Below are positions 35,298-35,881 of a stretch of 35,881 nt of DNA, one piece after another. The number at the start of each line of letters is the position of its first letter. The first letter of the stretch is position 1. The stretch spans positions 1 to 35,881 of the forward strand of contig JBDTIO010000221.1 in NCBI GenBank assembly GCA_039936375.1. The letters are read 5' to 3'. Below the pieces are notes generated by a model. It saw only the letters and a list, made by a program, of their open reading frames with translations, did no database searches and had not been told where the DNA came from. This DNA is from Caldimonas sp. Its GTDB lineage: Bacteria > Pseudomonadota > Gammaproteobacteria > Burkholderiales > Burkholderiaceae_C. Position numbers and translations under genes: made by a program.

Positions 35298-35881
35298 ATG
35301 AAGATCAGGAAGATCGCCCTCGGTTTGCTGGCTGTCCTGGTGGTCGTCGGCATTGTCGGCTGGTTCAGCCTGGACAAGGAAACGCGCGGGCTGCTGGCGA
35401 CGGTGCCCACCAACCGGGACCTCCTGTTCTGGAACCAGCCGCAACGCGATGCGGCCTTTCGCGCACTCGATCGGCTGCCGGTGCTGGCGAAGTCGCACGT
35501 CGTGCAGGCCGGCGCCACTCCGCTCTCGCTGCCGCAGGGGCCGCCTCTTATGCTGCCCATCGACGTGGATGCCTACATGGCGGGCCAGCGCGCCGCGGCA
35601 CTCGTCGTCGTGCAGGATGGCAAGGTGCGCCTGGAGCGCTACGGGCTCGGCTTCGACAGCAGCGGGCGCTGGACGAGCTTCTCGGTGGCCAAGTCGATCA
35701 CGTCCACTCTGGTCGGTGCGGCCATTCGCGACGGCTACATCAAGAGCATGGACGACAAGGTCAGCGACTACATCCCGCAGATGAAAGGCTCGGCCTACGA
35801 CGACGTCAGCATTCGCCAGCTACTGACGATGACCTCGGGGGTTCGCTGGAACGAGGACTACGCCGACCCGAACTCCGACGT
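35298..35881 (+). CDS. Serine hydrolase (beta-lactamase/NylB-like); 3' end runs off the window
   Basis: Not in the ORF track. MKIRKIALGLLAVLVVVGIVGW anchor; SFSVAKS (SxxK); YDDVSIRQLLTMTSG. Confidence 0.9.
   Translation, partial: MKIRKIALGLLAVLVVVGIVGWFSLDKETRGLLATVPTNRDLLFWNQPQRDAAFRALDRLPVLAKSHVVQAGATPLSLPQGPPLMLPIDVDAYMAGQRAAALVVVQDGKVRLERYGLGFDSSGRWTSFSVAKSITSTLVGAAIRDGYIKSMDDKVSDYIPQMKGSAYDDVSIRQLLTMTSGVRWNEDYADPNSD

Noticed and set aside
1-35881. CRISPR arrays, tRNA/rRNA, integrases, IS elements
   Set aside because: No regularly spaced repeats or recognisable RNA or mobile-element genes were seen by eye.

Overview
High-GC, gene-dense bacterial DNA, probably from a Burkholderiales-type betaproteobacterium (inferred from gene content and codon style). 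No rRNA, tRNA, CRISPR, transposase or phage genes were recognised. The main feature is an ~12 kb signalling locus (3063-15032). It encodes a 2070-aa nine-GAF hybrid histidine kinase, a translationally coupled PDZ/multi-TM hybrid kinase, the collapsed remnant of a third kinase, a stand-alone Hpt, and an output protein with wHTH-REC-degenerate class III cyclase architecture. The locus is bracketed by two inward-pointing homologous small-protein genes (49 and 67 aa) that share an 82-nt upstream element (68/82 identical, ungapped, three helically phased TTCA repeats). A second cyclic-nucleotide-themed block (26.5-34 kb) holds a cyclase-STAND ATPase-TPR protein, a cNMP-patatin and a cNMP membrane protein, next to PEP-CTERM and DUF1566 exported proteins. 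The rest is accessory metabolism and regulation (S41 peptidase, SelO, TerB, CMD, aldo/keto reductase, YbaK, M20 peptidase, desaturase with a LytS/LytTR pair, peroxiredoxin, threonine aldolase, serine hydrolase) plus several deletion scars. All family calls come from motif recognition by eye; no database searches were run.
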